Source: Alphaproteobacteria bacterium
GTDB lineage: Bacteria > Pseudomonadota > Alphaproteobacteria > Bin95
DNA length: 64,000 nucleotides
Assembly (NCBI GenBank): GCA_965200785.1
Contig: CBDAVA010000003.1
Location: 2,470,205 to 2,534,204, forward strand
Direction: 5' to 3'
Below are positions 46,845 to 55,871 of the stretch, piece after piece. Within the stretch, counting starts at the first letter, position 1. Each line of letters begins with the position of its first letter. Both the position numbers and the translations under genes were made by a program. The notes below the pieces were generated by a model, which saw only the letters and a list, made by a program, of their open reading frames with translations, was not told the origin of the DNA and ran no database searches.

Positions 46845-47253
46845 ACCCCTGAACCAGGACGCAGCGGCGCTGGCGGAACGCGCCGGCCAGCTTGCCGGCG
46901 AAGCGCAAAAGCTGGCGGCCGAAGCCGCCGACCTTGCCAACCGCGCGGCCCAGACCGACGGGCCTGCAACCGACCCGGTGCTGTTCGGCCTTACCGTGTT
47001 CGCGCTTGCCTGTTTCGTCGGATATTATGTTGTCTGGAAGGTCACGCCCGCGCTGCACGCGCCCCTGATGTCGGTGGCCAACGCCATTTCCGGCGTGGTC
47101 GTGCTGGGCGCGATGATCGCCGCCGGTCCGGCTATTTTCGGCATTTCCAAGGTCCTGGGTTTCGCCGCCGTGATATTGGCGTCGGTCAACATCTTCGGGG
47201 GGTTCATCGTGACCCAGAGGATGCTGCAAATGTTCCGCAAGAAGGGCGGTTGA
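46837..47253 (+). CDS. pntAB: NAD(P) transhydrogenase subunit alpha part 2 (membrane)
   Basis: MAEPLNQD... Coiled region plus 3-4 TM helices. Overlaps pntAA stop by 8 nt. Confidence 0.85.
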   Translation: MAEPLNQDAAALAERAGQLAGEAQKLAAEAADLANRAAQTDGPATDPVLFGLTVFALACFVGYYVVWKVTPALHAPLMSVANAISGVVVLGAMIAAGPAIFGISKVLGFAAVILASVNIFGGFIVTQRMLQMFRKKGG

Positions 47254-47257
47254 GGCG

Positions 47258-48649
47258 ATGGAAGCCTCGATCGCCTCATTCGCCTATCTGGTTGCGGCAA
47301 TCTGCTTCATCCTCGGCATTCGCGGCCTGGCCTCGCCGGAAACGGCGCGCCGGGGCAACTGGATCGCCATCGCCGGCATGGTCATCGCCATCGGCGCCAC
47401 CCTGCTGCGCCCGCAAATCGCGACCTTCGAGCTTGTGTTGGGCGGCATTGTCATCGGCGGCGCCGTGGGCACGGTCATCGCGCTCAAGGTCAAGATCACC
47501 AACCTGCCGCAGCTTGTGGCGATCTTCAACAGCCTGGTCGGCCTTGCTGCGGTGCTGATCGCGGCCGCCGCCCTGGAGAGCCCCAGCCTCTACGGCATTC
47601 CGCTCACAGACGGGCTGGCCACCAGCAGCCTGGTCGAGATCATGGCCTCGACCGCCATCGGCGCCGTCACCTTCACCGGGTCGGTGGTCGCCTATGCCAA
47701 ACTGCAAGGGCTGATGCCCAGCGCGCCGATCATGTTCACCGGCCAGCGGGCGGTCAATGCGTTTGTCGGGTTGATCGTCATCATGCTGGCGCTCGCATTT
47801 TCCGGCTGGGGCACGGACGGGCTGTTCTGGGCGCTGGCGCTCGCGGCGCTGATCTGGGGCGCGCTGGTGGTCCTCCCGATCGGGGGGGCGGACATGCCGG
47901 TCGTCATCTCGGTGCTCAACTCGGCGTCCGGCTGGGCCTCCTGCGGCATCGGCTTCACGCTCGACAACCCGTTGATGATCATTACCGGGGCGCTGGTCGG
48001 CGCTTCCGGCGCCATCCTTTCCTACATCATGTGCAAGGGCATGAACCGGTCTCTCGCGCATGTGCTGCTGGGCGGCTTCGGCGGCGAGACGGAGGGGCCG
48101 TCCGGAGAGGCCGCAGACCGCGGACCGGTCAAGGCCGGCAATGCCGACGACGCGGCCTTCATGCTGCGCAATGCCGGCTCGGTGGTCATCGTGCCCGGAT
48201 ACGGCATGGCTGTGGCCCAGGCCCAGCACGCGCTGCGCGAGATGGTCGATCTCCTGGAGGCCGAAGGCGTGCGGGTGCGCTTCGCCATCCATCCGGTCGC
48301 CGGGCGGATGCCGGGGCATATGAATGTGCTGCTGGCGGAAGCCAATGTCCCCTATGACAAGGTCGTCGAGATGGAGACCGTCAACCGGGACTTCCCCTCG
48401 ACCGATATCGCCTTCGTCATCGGCGCCAACGACATCACCAACCCTTCGGCGCGCACCGATGCGTCCAGCCCGATCTACGGTATGCCCGTGCTGGAAGTGG
48501 ACCGGGCGAGGATGGTCATGTTCGTCAAGAGGTCGATGGCGAGCGGCTATGCCGGCGTCGATAATCCGCTGTTCTTCAACGAAAACACGATGATGCTGTT
48601 CGGCGATGCCAAGGCAATGTGCGAAGGCGTCATCAAATCCCTGGAATAG
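47258..48649 (+). CDS. pntB: NAD(P) transhydrogenase subunit beta
   Basis: 463 aa. N-terminal TM domain. C-terminal NADP(H)-binding dIII (VPGYGMAVAQAQH). Confidence 0.95.
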   Translation: MEASIASFAYLVAAICFILGIRGLASPETARRGNWIAIAGMVIAIGATLLRPQIATFELVLGGIVIGGAVGTVIALKVKITNLPQLVAIFNSLVGLAAVLIAAAALESPSLYGIPLTDGLATSSLVEIMASTAIGAVTFTGSVVAYAKLQGLMPSAPIMFTGQRAVNAFVGLIVIMLALAFSGWGTDGLFWALALAALIWGALVVLPIGGADMPVVISVLNSASGWASCGIGFTLDNPLMIITGALVGASGAILSYIMCKGMNRSLAHVLLGGFGGETEGPSGEAADRGPVKAGNADDAAFMLRNAGSVVIVPGYGMAVAQAQHALREMVDLLEAEGVRVRFAIHPVAGRMPGHMNVLLAEANVPYDKVVEMETVNRDFPSTDIAFVIGANDITNPSARTDASSPIYGMPVLEVDRARMVMFVKRSMASGYAGVDNPLFFNENTMMLFGDAKAMCEGVIKSLE

Positions 48650-48663
48650 AGAGCCCAGACTCC

Positions 48664-49689
48664 ATGACACGCATCGTCAAGATCGCCCAGTGGCCCGAAT
48701 CGGTCGAGGTGGACGACGACCAGACGCTTCTCGAGGCCGCGCTGGAGCAGGGCGTGCCCTATCCGCATGGCTGCCGGTCAGGCAATTGCGGCGCGTGCAA
48801 GAGCCGGCTCTATGCCGGCCGGGTGGAGATGGAGCCTTATTCCGACTTCGCGCTGACGGAGGAGGAAAAGGAAAGCGGCTTCGTGCTCGCCTGCCGGTCG
48901 CATCCGCAGGAAAATCTCGACATTGCCTGGCTGCATGACGACGAGGAAATGGTCGCCCATCCGCTGCGCCGGTTCGAGGCGCCGGTCGTGGAGCGGACAC
49001 GGATGACGCATGACATCGTGCGGCTGCGGCTCGCGGTGCCGGAGGGCGTCGATTTCGCCTATACGGCCGGCCAGTATGCGTCGCTTCGGTTTGCGGGCCT
49101 GCCTGCGCGCGACTACTCGATGGCGTCCGGCCCGGGCGGCGGCGCGCTTGAGTTCCATATCCGGGCGATGGATGAGGGCGAGGTTTCGAACTTCGTCCGC
49201 GACGAGGTGCAGGAGGGGGATACGGTCGCCGTCGAAGGGCCTTACGGCGCCGCCTATCTGCGCGAGGCGCATCGCGGGCCGATTGTGGCCATAGCGGGCG
49301 GCTCCGGGCTTGCGCCCGTCAAGGCGATTGTGGAGACGGCGCTCGCCAGGGACATGCCGCAGCCGATCTATTTCTATTTCGGGGTGCGCGGCGAACGCGA
49401 TGTGTATCTGGAGGAAGCGCTCGCGGGGCTGGCCTCGAAACATGAGCGCCTTCACGTCCAGATCGTGCTGTCGGAACCGGAGGGCGCGACGGCGCGGCGC
49501 ACCGGCTTTGTGCATGACGCGGTTGCGGCCGATTTCGACGATCTGGACGGCTGCAAGGCCTATCTCGCCGGCCCGCCGGTGATGGTCGAGGCGGCGACGG
49601 AAATGCTCGGAATCCGCGACATGCGCCCGGAGGACATTCACGCCGACGCCTTCTATACCGAGGCGGAGAAGGCGGCGCTCAATGGCTGA
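48664..49689 (+). CDS. 2Fe-2S ferredoxin-fused FNR-family oxidoreductase (oxygenase reductase component-like)
   Basis: CRSGNCGACK plant-type ferredoxin. FAD-binding (YS) and NAD-binding GGSGLAP. Confidence 0.85.
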   Translation: MTRIVKIAQWPESVEVDDDQTLLEAALEQGVPYPHGCRSGNCGACKSRLYAGRVEMEPYSDFALTEEEKESGFVLACRSHPQENLDIAWLHDDEEMVAHPLRRFEAPVVERTRMTHDIVRLRLAVPEGVDFAYTAGQYASLRFAGLPARDYSMASGPGGGALEFHIRAMDEGEVSNFVRDEVQEGDTVAVEGPYGAAYLREAHRGPIVAIAGGSGLAPVKAIVETALARDMPQPIYFYFGVRGERDVYLEEALAGLASKHERLHVQIVLSEPEGATARRTGFVHDAVAADFDDLDGCKAYLAGPPVMVEAATEMLGIRDMRPEDIHADAFYTEAEKAALNG

Positions 49690-50524
49690 CCGTCTGCGGA
49701 TCGCAAGCTGGAATGTGAACTCGGTCCGGCTGCGTATTGCAGGCGTCGAACGGCTCGCGGCAGAGCGCGCGCCCGATGTGCTGTGCCTCCAGGAGGTCAA
49801 GGTCGAGAGCAGCCGTTTCCCGGTGGAGCCGTTCCATGCGCTCGGCTACCGGCATTCGGTGCTTTACGGCATCAAGGGCTATCACGGCGTGGCGATTTTC
49901 TCGCGCCTGCCCATCGAGGACGGCGGCACGAAAGACTGGTGCGGGCGTTCGGACGGCCGCCATGCGTTCGCGACCGTGGCGGGCGTTGAAATTCACAACT
50001 TCTATGTCCCGGCCGGCGGCGACCTGCCGGACCCGGAGCTCAATGACAAATTCGCCCACAAGCTGGATTTCCTGCGCTCGATGACGGCCTGGTGGCAGGA
50101 ACGGCCGGACAAGGGCGCGCGCCGGGTGATGGTCGGAGACCTGAATATCGCGCCGCTGGAAACCGATGTCTGGTCGCATCGCCAGCTTCTCAAGGTGGTG
50201 AGCCATACGCCCGTGGAGGTGGAGCATCTTGCGGCGGCGCAGGCCTCCCTCGGCTGGATCGACGCGGTGCGCCGTTTCATTCCGCCGGAACAGAAGCTCT
50301 ATAGCTGGTGGAGTTACCGCGCGCGCGACTGGTCCGCCTCCGACCGCGGCCGGCGGCTGGACCATATCTGGGCTTCGCCGGCGCTGTCCGGGTCGCTCGC
50401 CGGGGCAGAGGTGCTGCGCAGCGCGCGCGGCTGGGAACGCCCCTCGGACCACGCCCCGGTCATCGCCGACTTCGACCTTTCAGGAATGCAGGAAACACCG
50501 GCGGCTCTGACGAAAGCCATTTAA
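49682..50524 (+). CDS. xthA: exodeoxyribonuclease III
   Basis: MADRLRIASWNVNSVRLR... LCLQE and DLNIAP catalytic motifs. Confidence 0.95.
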   Translation: MADRLRIASWNVNSVRLRIAGVERLAAERAPDVLCLQEVKVESSRFPVEPFHALGYRHSVLYGIKGYHGVAIFSRLPIEDGGTKDWCGRSDGRHAFATVAGVEIHNFYVPAGGDLPDPELNDKFAHKLDFLRSMTAWWQERPDKGARRVMVGDLNIAPLETDVWSHRQLLKVVSHTPVEVEHLAAAQASLGWIDAVRRFIPPEQKLYSWWSYRARDWSASDRGRRLDHIWASPALSGSLAGAEVLRSARGWERPSDHAPVIADFDLSGMQETPAALTKAI

Positions 50525-50738
50525 ACGCCGCAAACAACCGCCCCGGCAGCGGCCCGGACGGGCGCACGCCCCGCGCATAAACGGCGGGGCGGAGCCGGCG
50601 CCCGGCTGCCCTTCAACCGACATAGCGCCAAGCCCCGCCCCGAAACGGCGCCAGGGGGACTGGAGCCGTGACTTCCGGCCAGGCCGGAAGAGAGGCGCGG
50701 ACCGCCCGGAGGCGGCCCGCAGGCAGTATGATAACCGA

Positions 50739-52184
50739 TCAGAAGTTGATCTTGATGCCGGTCACGAAGCCAGTGCCGTCGGCACCCGTGGAGTCATCCT
50801 CGGCCTGGAAGATCGAGGTTCTCGACGCGACGCCCGGCGCCAGCGTGTAGCGGAATGACGCCATCACCGCTTCGGCGTTCATACCACTCGCGCGATCCCT
50901 GACGATGTAACTGAGGCTGGCGTCCATCGGACCGTTCGAATACATCGCGCCTACGTTCACAACATCGGAGTCGGCTGAAGGCTCTTCCACAATCCTTGAC
51001 CACAGAATATCGTTGCTCGGGTCGTTATTGTCCCTCGATTCCCTTATCTCGTCACTCGTAGAATCATCGTCATGGTCCCACATATGAGGCATTCCATCCC
51101 CATCGGAGTCGTAAGTGTCTCCATCATCAATCCTTATCCGGCGGAGGAAGTCGACGTCATAGCTTCTGGGTTGGTCATACATCGCGTAGGCTACATTGAA
51201 GCTGAACGCTCCGAAACCAACCGTGAGGCCCGCATTGGTGACGGTTTCATCATCCGTCGCCGTCATGACGGTCTCTCGGGCTGCCATCAACGCATCCTGG
51301 GCCCTGCGTGCATGCACCCGAAGCAGATCAAGGTTATTGATCTCGCCTCCTATGACTTCTCCCAGCGTGCCCAGCTGGTGTGAAACTCTCCTGAGTTGTG
51401 CAAGCTCTCCCTGCTTCCGGGGCATCTCTGCCATGTTCTCCCAAGCATCCCAGTTGCCTGTATGCGCCAGATACTGTGCAACGGTAAGCCCCCCATCACT
51501 CAGCTCCATGAAGGGCATGATGGTGTGTTCCGTCATCTCGCTGCTGCTTTTGACATAGTGGCCGACGGAGAAGCTGACGCTGGCGTCGCCGACTGCCTGC
51601 TCGACATTCAGGGCGACAGACCAGGCGTTATCGTCATTATCCATCGGTGCGCTGGTGCTCGCTTCGGTTCCCGTTTCCGGGGTATAGGTCACACCGAATT
51701 GCACGCCGGAAATGCGCGGCGAGTAGTAGGAAATCTTCCTGTCGTCAGAGGGCCAGCCGGCGGTTCCGCCAACGTCGATATCGCTGATCCAGTTTCCGAC
51801 ATCTCCGTGGTTCAGCCCGATGCCGACATCCATGCCGCCAACATGCATCGTCGCAAGCACATCATTATCGGCGCCGAGCTGAATCCGGCCGAAGGAGCCA
51901 CCGATTGTCATTCGCGACTCGTCGATATTGCCGTCGCCATTGCCCTCAACCTGGATCGTGACGCCGAATGTGAGGCCATTATCGGCTTCAAGCGAGCCGT
52001 TGACGTAGAACTCGCTGTCCGACTGCTGGGAGAACCCGCTGCCGTCCATCGAGTTGGCCATGCCGACCCACTGTTCCATGTATCCGCTAAGGCTGGCGCT
52101 CAGCTGTTCTTGGGCGCTGGCGGCGCCGGCGGCCATGGCGCCCGCGAAGGCAAGGGCGGTTGTTGCGAGGAGGGTTTTCTTCAT
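50739..52184 (-). CDS. outer-membrane porin (Gram-negative porin family) with large internal low-GC insertion
   Basis: Signal peptide MKKTLLATTALAFAGAMAAGAASAQ. Alternating amphipathic beta-strands. C-terminal ...GFVTGIKINF. GC ~58% with a ~52% central segment. Confidence 0.8.
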   Translation of the reverse strand: MKKTLLATTALAFAGAMAAGAASAQEQLSASLSGYMEQWVGMANSMDGSGFSQQSDSEFYVNGSLEADNGLTFGVTIQVEGNGDGNIDESRMTIGGSFGRIQLGADNDVLATMHVGGMDVGIGLNHGDVGNWISDIDVGGTAGWPSDDRKISYYSPRISGVQFGVTYTPETGTEASTSAPMDNDDNAWSVALNVEQAVGDASVSFSVGHYVKSSSEMTEHTIMPFMELSDGGLTVAQYLAHTGNWDAWENMAEMPRKQGELAQLRRVSHQLGTLGEVIGGEINNLDLLRVHARRAQDALMAARETVMTATDDETVTNAGLTVGFGAFSFNVAYAMYDQPRSYDVDFLRRIRIDDGDTYDSDGDGMPHMWDHDDDSTSDEIRESRDNNDPSNDILWSRIVEEPSADSDVVNVGAMYSNGPMDASLSYIVRDRASGMNAEAVMASFRYTLAPGVASRTSIFQAEDDSTGADGTGFVTGIKINF

Positions 52185-52251
52185 TGTTCCCTGTCATCCC
52201 GTTGTTGGTTTTGCGCGCTGGTGCGGCGGATCCACTTCAGCGCGTGACGGA

Positions 52252-52278
52252 ACCATAGACGGGGGGGGGGGGGGTCAA
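52252..52278 (-). promoter_or_regulatory. sigma70-like promoter of the porin gene with homopolymeric spacer
   Basis: On the minus strand: TTGACC (-35) followed by 12 more C of a C14 run plus GTC = 15-nt spacer, then TATGGT (-10), ~70 nt upstream of the ATG (RBS AGGGAA). Confidence 0.55.
52261..52274. repeat. G14/C14 homopolymeric tract
   Basis: 14 consecutive G on the plus strand, overlapping the -35 and forming the spacer of the porin promoter. Confidence 0.95.
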
Positions 52279-52364
52279 TGAAAAACAGGACTTTGAGTGT
52301 AGAAAACCAGCGCCTGTTGCATCCATGCAACAGATACGGCGCGTGACAGGGCCGGCGGTTCGGC

Positions 52365-52415
52365 TGGCGCAGGCGGGGCCGGTGGAGAGAAAGACCCCTC
52401 TCCCCGGCCCTCCCC
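52365..52415. repeat. REP-like element (family 2), left copy flanking the IS5 element
   Basis: CTGGCGCAGGCGGGGCCGGTGGAGAGAAAGACCCCTCTCCCCGGCCCTCCCC. Identical ~50 bp recurs at 53811-53866. Confidence 0.8.
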
Positions 52416-53618
52416 CTTCAGGATTCTTCTGCGAAAGGGATGTTTTTGGGTTATGGCGGTGTATTGGGGGGGCTTTTGGGGGTTGGGCGGGGGCGATTGA
52501 GGGGCGCGCGCCGGTGTTGTTGGGCGATGGCGTGTCGGCGTCGACCGTTTGGCAGCGGGATAGGGGTGTCAGGCGCCCGCAATCAGGCAGGCCCGGCGCA
52601 GATTGTAGGCGGCGACGGTGACATAGAGGCGGGCGGTGTTGCGCTCCAGAGACCGGCTCTTGGCCCGCCTCAGACCGTAGAGACGCTTCAAGGCCGAGAA
52701 GACGGCTTCCACCGGCGCCCGGCGTCTGGCAATCAGATCGTTGCGGCGCTTCCGCCAGGCCGGCAGCGCCTCTATGTGCTTGTGCCGCCGGTGCATGATG
52801 CGGTCCTTGATGCCGGCGGCCTTGAACCTGGCCCGTCTGGCCTTGTGCTCATACGCACGGTCGCCATAGACCGCCGCCTCGTCGCCGCAGATCAACTGCT
52901 CCGCGACCGTGCTCTCCCAGATCTTGGCTGACGTCAGCACCACACGCCGGATCAGACCCGAACCCGCATCCACACCGATATGCACCTTGTAACCGAAGAA
53001 CGCCTTGCCCTTCTTCTTCGTCCAGTCCGCACCCGGCTCGCGCGCGCTCCTGGTCCCTGCTCCCGCCTTGTAAGACGGCGCCCGGGAAGCCGCAGATACC
53101 AGCGTGGCGTCCATTAGCGTGCCCTTGCGCAGGATCAGACCGGCAGCATCAAGCTGGCGGGTGATCTCCTCAAACGCCGCCTTCAACACAGGCCCCGCAT
53201 CCGACCGAAACCGGCACAACGTCGTCTCGTCCGGCGTGCCCCCGTCCAGCGCAAAACCGCAAAAACGCCGGAACGAAAGGCGGTCAAGAAGCGCCTCCTC
53301 AAGGCCAGGGTCAGAAAGATCATAAAGCGCCTGAAGATACAGCGCCTTCAGCATCGACAGCGGCGCATAGGGAGGACGACCCCGACGACCCTCGCGCACA
53401 CCACACACAAGGCGCTCCAGAGGCACCCAGTCAATCAATGCCTCCAGACGTTCCAGCTTCCGGTTCGAACCAAGACCCGAAGACACAAAGGCGTCCGTAA
53501 ACCCCAACTGACCCGGCGCGCGCATCGACACAACCTCCCCTGCCTCACCGCAATGAATCACAGATAACCAAATCCGCAAACCAACATTTCGCAGAGGAAT
53601 CCTGCAGGGAGAGGGAGG
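52414..53618 (-). mobile_element. IS5-family insertion sequence (~1.2 kb)
   Basis: Terminal inverted repeats CAGGATTCTTCTGCGAAA (52416-) and the reverse complement CAGGATTCCTCTGCGAAATG (ending 53618). Single transposase ORF. Confidence 0.8.
52569..53525 (-). CDS. IS5-family DDE transposase
   Basis: MRAPGQLGFTDAFV... Typical IS5 N-terminus. DDE region (YGDRAY, E...LK.L). Confidence 0.85.
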   Translation of the reverse strand: MRAPGQLGFTDAFVSSGLGSNRKLERLEALIDWVPLERLVCGVREGRRGRPPYAPLSMLKALYLQALYDLSDPGLEEALLDRLSFRRFCGFALDGGTPDETTLCRFRSDAGPVLKAAFEEITRQLDAAGLILRKGTLMDATLVSAASRAPSYKAGAGTRSAREPGADWTKKKGKAFFGYKVHIGVDAGSGLIRRVVLTSAKIWESTVAEQLICGDEAAVYGDRAYEHKARRARFKAAGIKDRIMHRRHKHIEALPAWRKRRNDLIARRRAPVEAVFSALKRLYGLRRAKSRSLERNTARLYVTVAAYNLRRACLIAGA

Positions 53619-53639
53619 ATATCGCGGCCCTTCCCGTCA

Positions 53640-53800
53640 CCCCCGACCGGCGCGCCCCCTCCTGCCACCCCGGATGGAGCGAAGCGGAAATCCGGGGTCC
53701 ATCCTCCGCCCTTTCGGCCCCGCGGAAAGATCGGAGGCTGGGTCCCGGATCAAGGCCGGGGCGACAGTAAGGGGGGCCGGGGCGACAGTAGGGGAGGCTG
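53640..53800. repeat. MITE-like mosaic repeat, truncated copy E (modules B+C)
   Basis: CACCCCGGATGGAGCGAAGCGGAAATCCGGGGTCCATCCTCCGCCCTTTCGGCCCCGCGGAAAGATCGGAGGCTGGGTCCCGG...GGGGCGACAGTA... Confidence 0.75.
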
Positions 53801-53810
53801 GGACGGCGGG

Positions 53811-53890
53811 GCAGCTGGCGCAGGCGGGGCCGGTGGAGAGAAAGACCCCTCTCCCCGGCCCTCCCCCTGCGGGGGAGGGAGGAGGAAGCG
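53811..53890. repeat. REP-like element (family 2), right copy (complete palindrome)
   Basis: ...CCCCTCTCCCCGGCCCTCCCCCTGCGGGGGAGGGAGG. Contains the CCCTCCCCC/GGGGGAGGG inverted repeat. Confidence 0.8.
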
Positions 53891-53965
53891 GCCATGCCCT
53901 GCCCTCCCGGCAAGGGTGAGGGGGCGGGTTCGTTGCTTCGGGCTTTGCGTGGTAGAGTTTCGTGT

Positions 53966-54670
53966 ATGGATTTTGCAAACAGGGCAATTATCGTCACCGG
54001 AGGGGCTTCCGGCATCGGGGCGGAGACGGCGCGTTTGTTGCGCGCCGCCGGCGCGGCAGTGCTGACCGTGGACAAGGCTTCATCCGCCGACCTGAGAGGC
54101 GATGTGACCGACCCCGCCTTGGTCGCCGCGGCCATGGAACGGCATCCCCGCCTCGACGGCCTGGTGACGGCGGCGGGAATCTCGGAAAACGGCGTTGCCA
54201 TCGAGAACATTCGCCCCGAGGACTGGGACCGTGTGTTCGCCGTCAATGTCAAGGCGACCTGGATGTGGCTGGCCGCGGCCGCCCGCCCGATGCGCGCTGC
54301 GGGCGGCGGCTCCATCGTTACCATCGCCTCGCAACTCGCCTTCGCCGGCGGCTCGCTGAACGCGGCCTATATCGCGTCGAAAGGCGCGGTCGTGTCGCTG
54401 GCGCGCACCGCAGCGGTCGAACTCGCCGGCGACGGAATCCGGGTCAATGCCGTTGCGCCGGGAGCCACGGAAACGCCGATGCTCCGGCGCAGCTTCTCGC
54501 GCCGGGACGACCCGGATACGGCGCGCGAACACTCCCGCACCCGCCATGCCATGGCCCGCTTCGGCCGCCCGGAGGAAATCGCCGAGGCGATCTGCTTCCT
54601 GCTCTCCGACCGCGCCAGCTTCATCACCGGCGCGGCGCTCCCGGTCGATGGCGGCTGGCTGGCCGCCTGA
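53966..54670 (+). CDS. SDR-family oxidoreductase
   Basis: VTGGASGIG and YIASK motifs. Confidence 0.85.
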   Translation: MDFANRAIIVTGGASGIGAETARLLRAAGAAVLTVDKASSADLRGDVTDPALVAAAMERHPRLDGLVTAAGISENGVAIENIRPEDWDRVFAVNVKATWMWLAAAARPMRAAGGGSIVTIASQLAFAGGSLNAAYIASKGAVVSLARTAAVELAGDGIRVNAVAPGATETPMLRRSFSRRDDPDTAREHSRTRHAMARFGRPEEIAEAICFLLSDRASFITGAALPVDGGWLAA

Positions 54671-54702
54671 ACGGCAGCCGCGGCCGAACCGGCGACAACA
54701 CC

Positions 54703-55803
54703 CTACCCCGCCCCTTCCGCAAGGCCGGCATGGATGTCCAGCGTCTTAAGGCCCGTGCCGGTCAACACCAGCACAAGGTCGTCGCCGGGGATTTGCGGCA
54801 GGGCGGCGGCGACCACCGCCGAGGTTGGCTCGACGAACCAGCCGGACCGCGCCAGCCGGGCCGCCGCGGCAAGGATCGCGTCTTCGGTGACGACCGGAAC
54901 GCCGCCCCCGGCCGCCCGAACGGCGTTTGCGACCGCCTGCCCCCGGATCGGCGAGGCTGACGCGATGCCGTCTGCGACGGTCGGCCCGCGCGGCGAGCAG
55001 CGCCCGTCAAATAGCGTCCGAATCGGCGCATTGGCGGCCGCCTGAACGGCATAAAGGCGCGGCATGGCGGCGATTTCGCCGGCTTCCTGCAGCTCCCGGA
55101 AACCCAGATAAAGGCCGAGGATATTGGCGCCGTTGCCGCAGGGCGCGGCCACCGCCGCCGGCGCGCGGAACCCCAATTGCTCCCAGAGCTCGAAGGCCAG
55201 CGTCTTGGTGCCCTCTAGAAAGAAGGGCTGCCGGTTGTGGCTGGCGTAAAACAGCACATCCGCCGCCGCGAGCGCCGCGCGCCCAACGGCGTCGCGGTCT
55301 CCCGCCACCGGCTGCACCTCCGCCCCCGCCGCGGCGATCTGCACCCGTTTCGCCGCAGGCGCATGCTCCGGCACCAGAATGCGGGCGCGAATACCGGCCG
55401 CGGCGGCGTAGGCGGCGATAGACGCGCCGGCATTGCCCGAACTGTCCTCCAGCAGCGCTTCTACCCCGGCCTGTTTCAGGTGAGACACCATGACAGCCGC
55501 GCCGCGGTCCTTGAACGACCCGGTCGGCATCAGATGTTCGCATTTGAACAGCACCCGGCGGCCGGCCCATTCCGTCTCCACCAGCGGGGTCAACCCCTCG
55601 CCAAGGCTCACCCGGCGCGCCGAGTCCACGCGGATTGCGGCGCGATAGCGCCAGAGCGAGGTCTCCGAGCGTTCGATGTCGTCCCGCGCCAGCCCGCGGC
55701 CGGGAACGAGCTCCAGCAGGCCGCCATCATCCGGCGCGCGCCACAGCGCCCGATCCGCAGGCCAATTCGCGCCGCTGCGCGGATTGATGTAGGAAACGCC
55801 CAC
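54703..55803 (-). CDS. threonine synthase-like PLP-dependent enzyme (fold-type II)
   Basis: PTGSFKDRG PLP-lysine motif. Start uncertain: ORF extends to 55869, which would abut typA, so GTG at 55801-55803 (VGVSYINP...) is proposed. Confidence 0.7.
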   Translation of the reverse strand: MGVSYINPRSGANWPADRALWRAPDDGGLLELVPGRGLARDDIERSETSLWRYRAAIRVDSARRVSLGEGLTPLVETEWAGRRVLFKCEHLMPTGSFKDRGAAVMVSHLKQAGVEALLEDSSGNAGASIAAYAAAAGIRARILVPEHAPAAKRVQIAAAGAEVQPVAGDRDAVGRAALAAADVLFYASHNRQPFFLEGTKTLAFELWEQLGFRAPAAVAAPCGNGANILGLYLGFRELQEAGEIAAMPRLYAVQAAANAPIRTLFDGRCSPRGPTVADGIASASPIRGQAVANAVRAAGGGVPVVTEDAILAAAARLARSGWFVEPTSAVVAAALPQIPGDDLVLVLTGTGLKTLDIHAGLAEGAG

Positions 55804-55871
55804 CGCCAAGCCTTCCGCTCCGTTTCTCAATGCCGGCCGCGCCTGCGGCGCGCATCCGGACAGACGCAATC

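Noticed and set aside
50570-50690. Hairpins GCCCCGC-N9-GCGGGGC and CTTCCGGCC-AG-GCCGGAAG between xthA and the porin as rho-independent terminators
   Set aside because: Neither is followed by a T-run on either strand. Possibly structural but not a canonical terminator.
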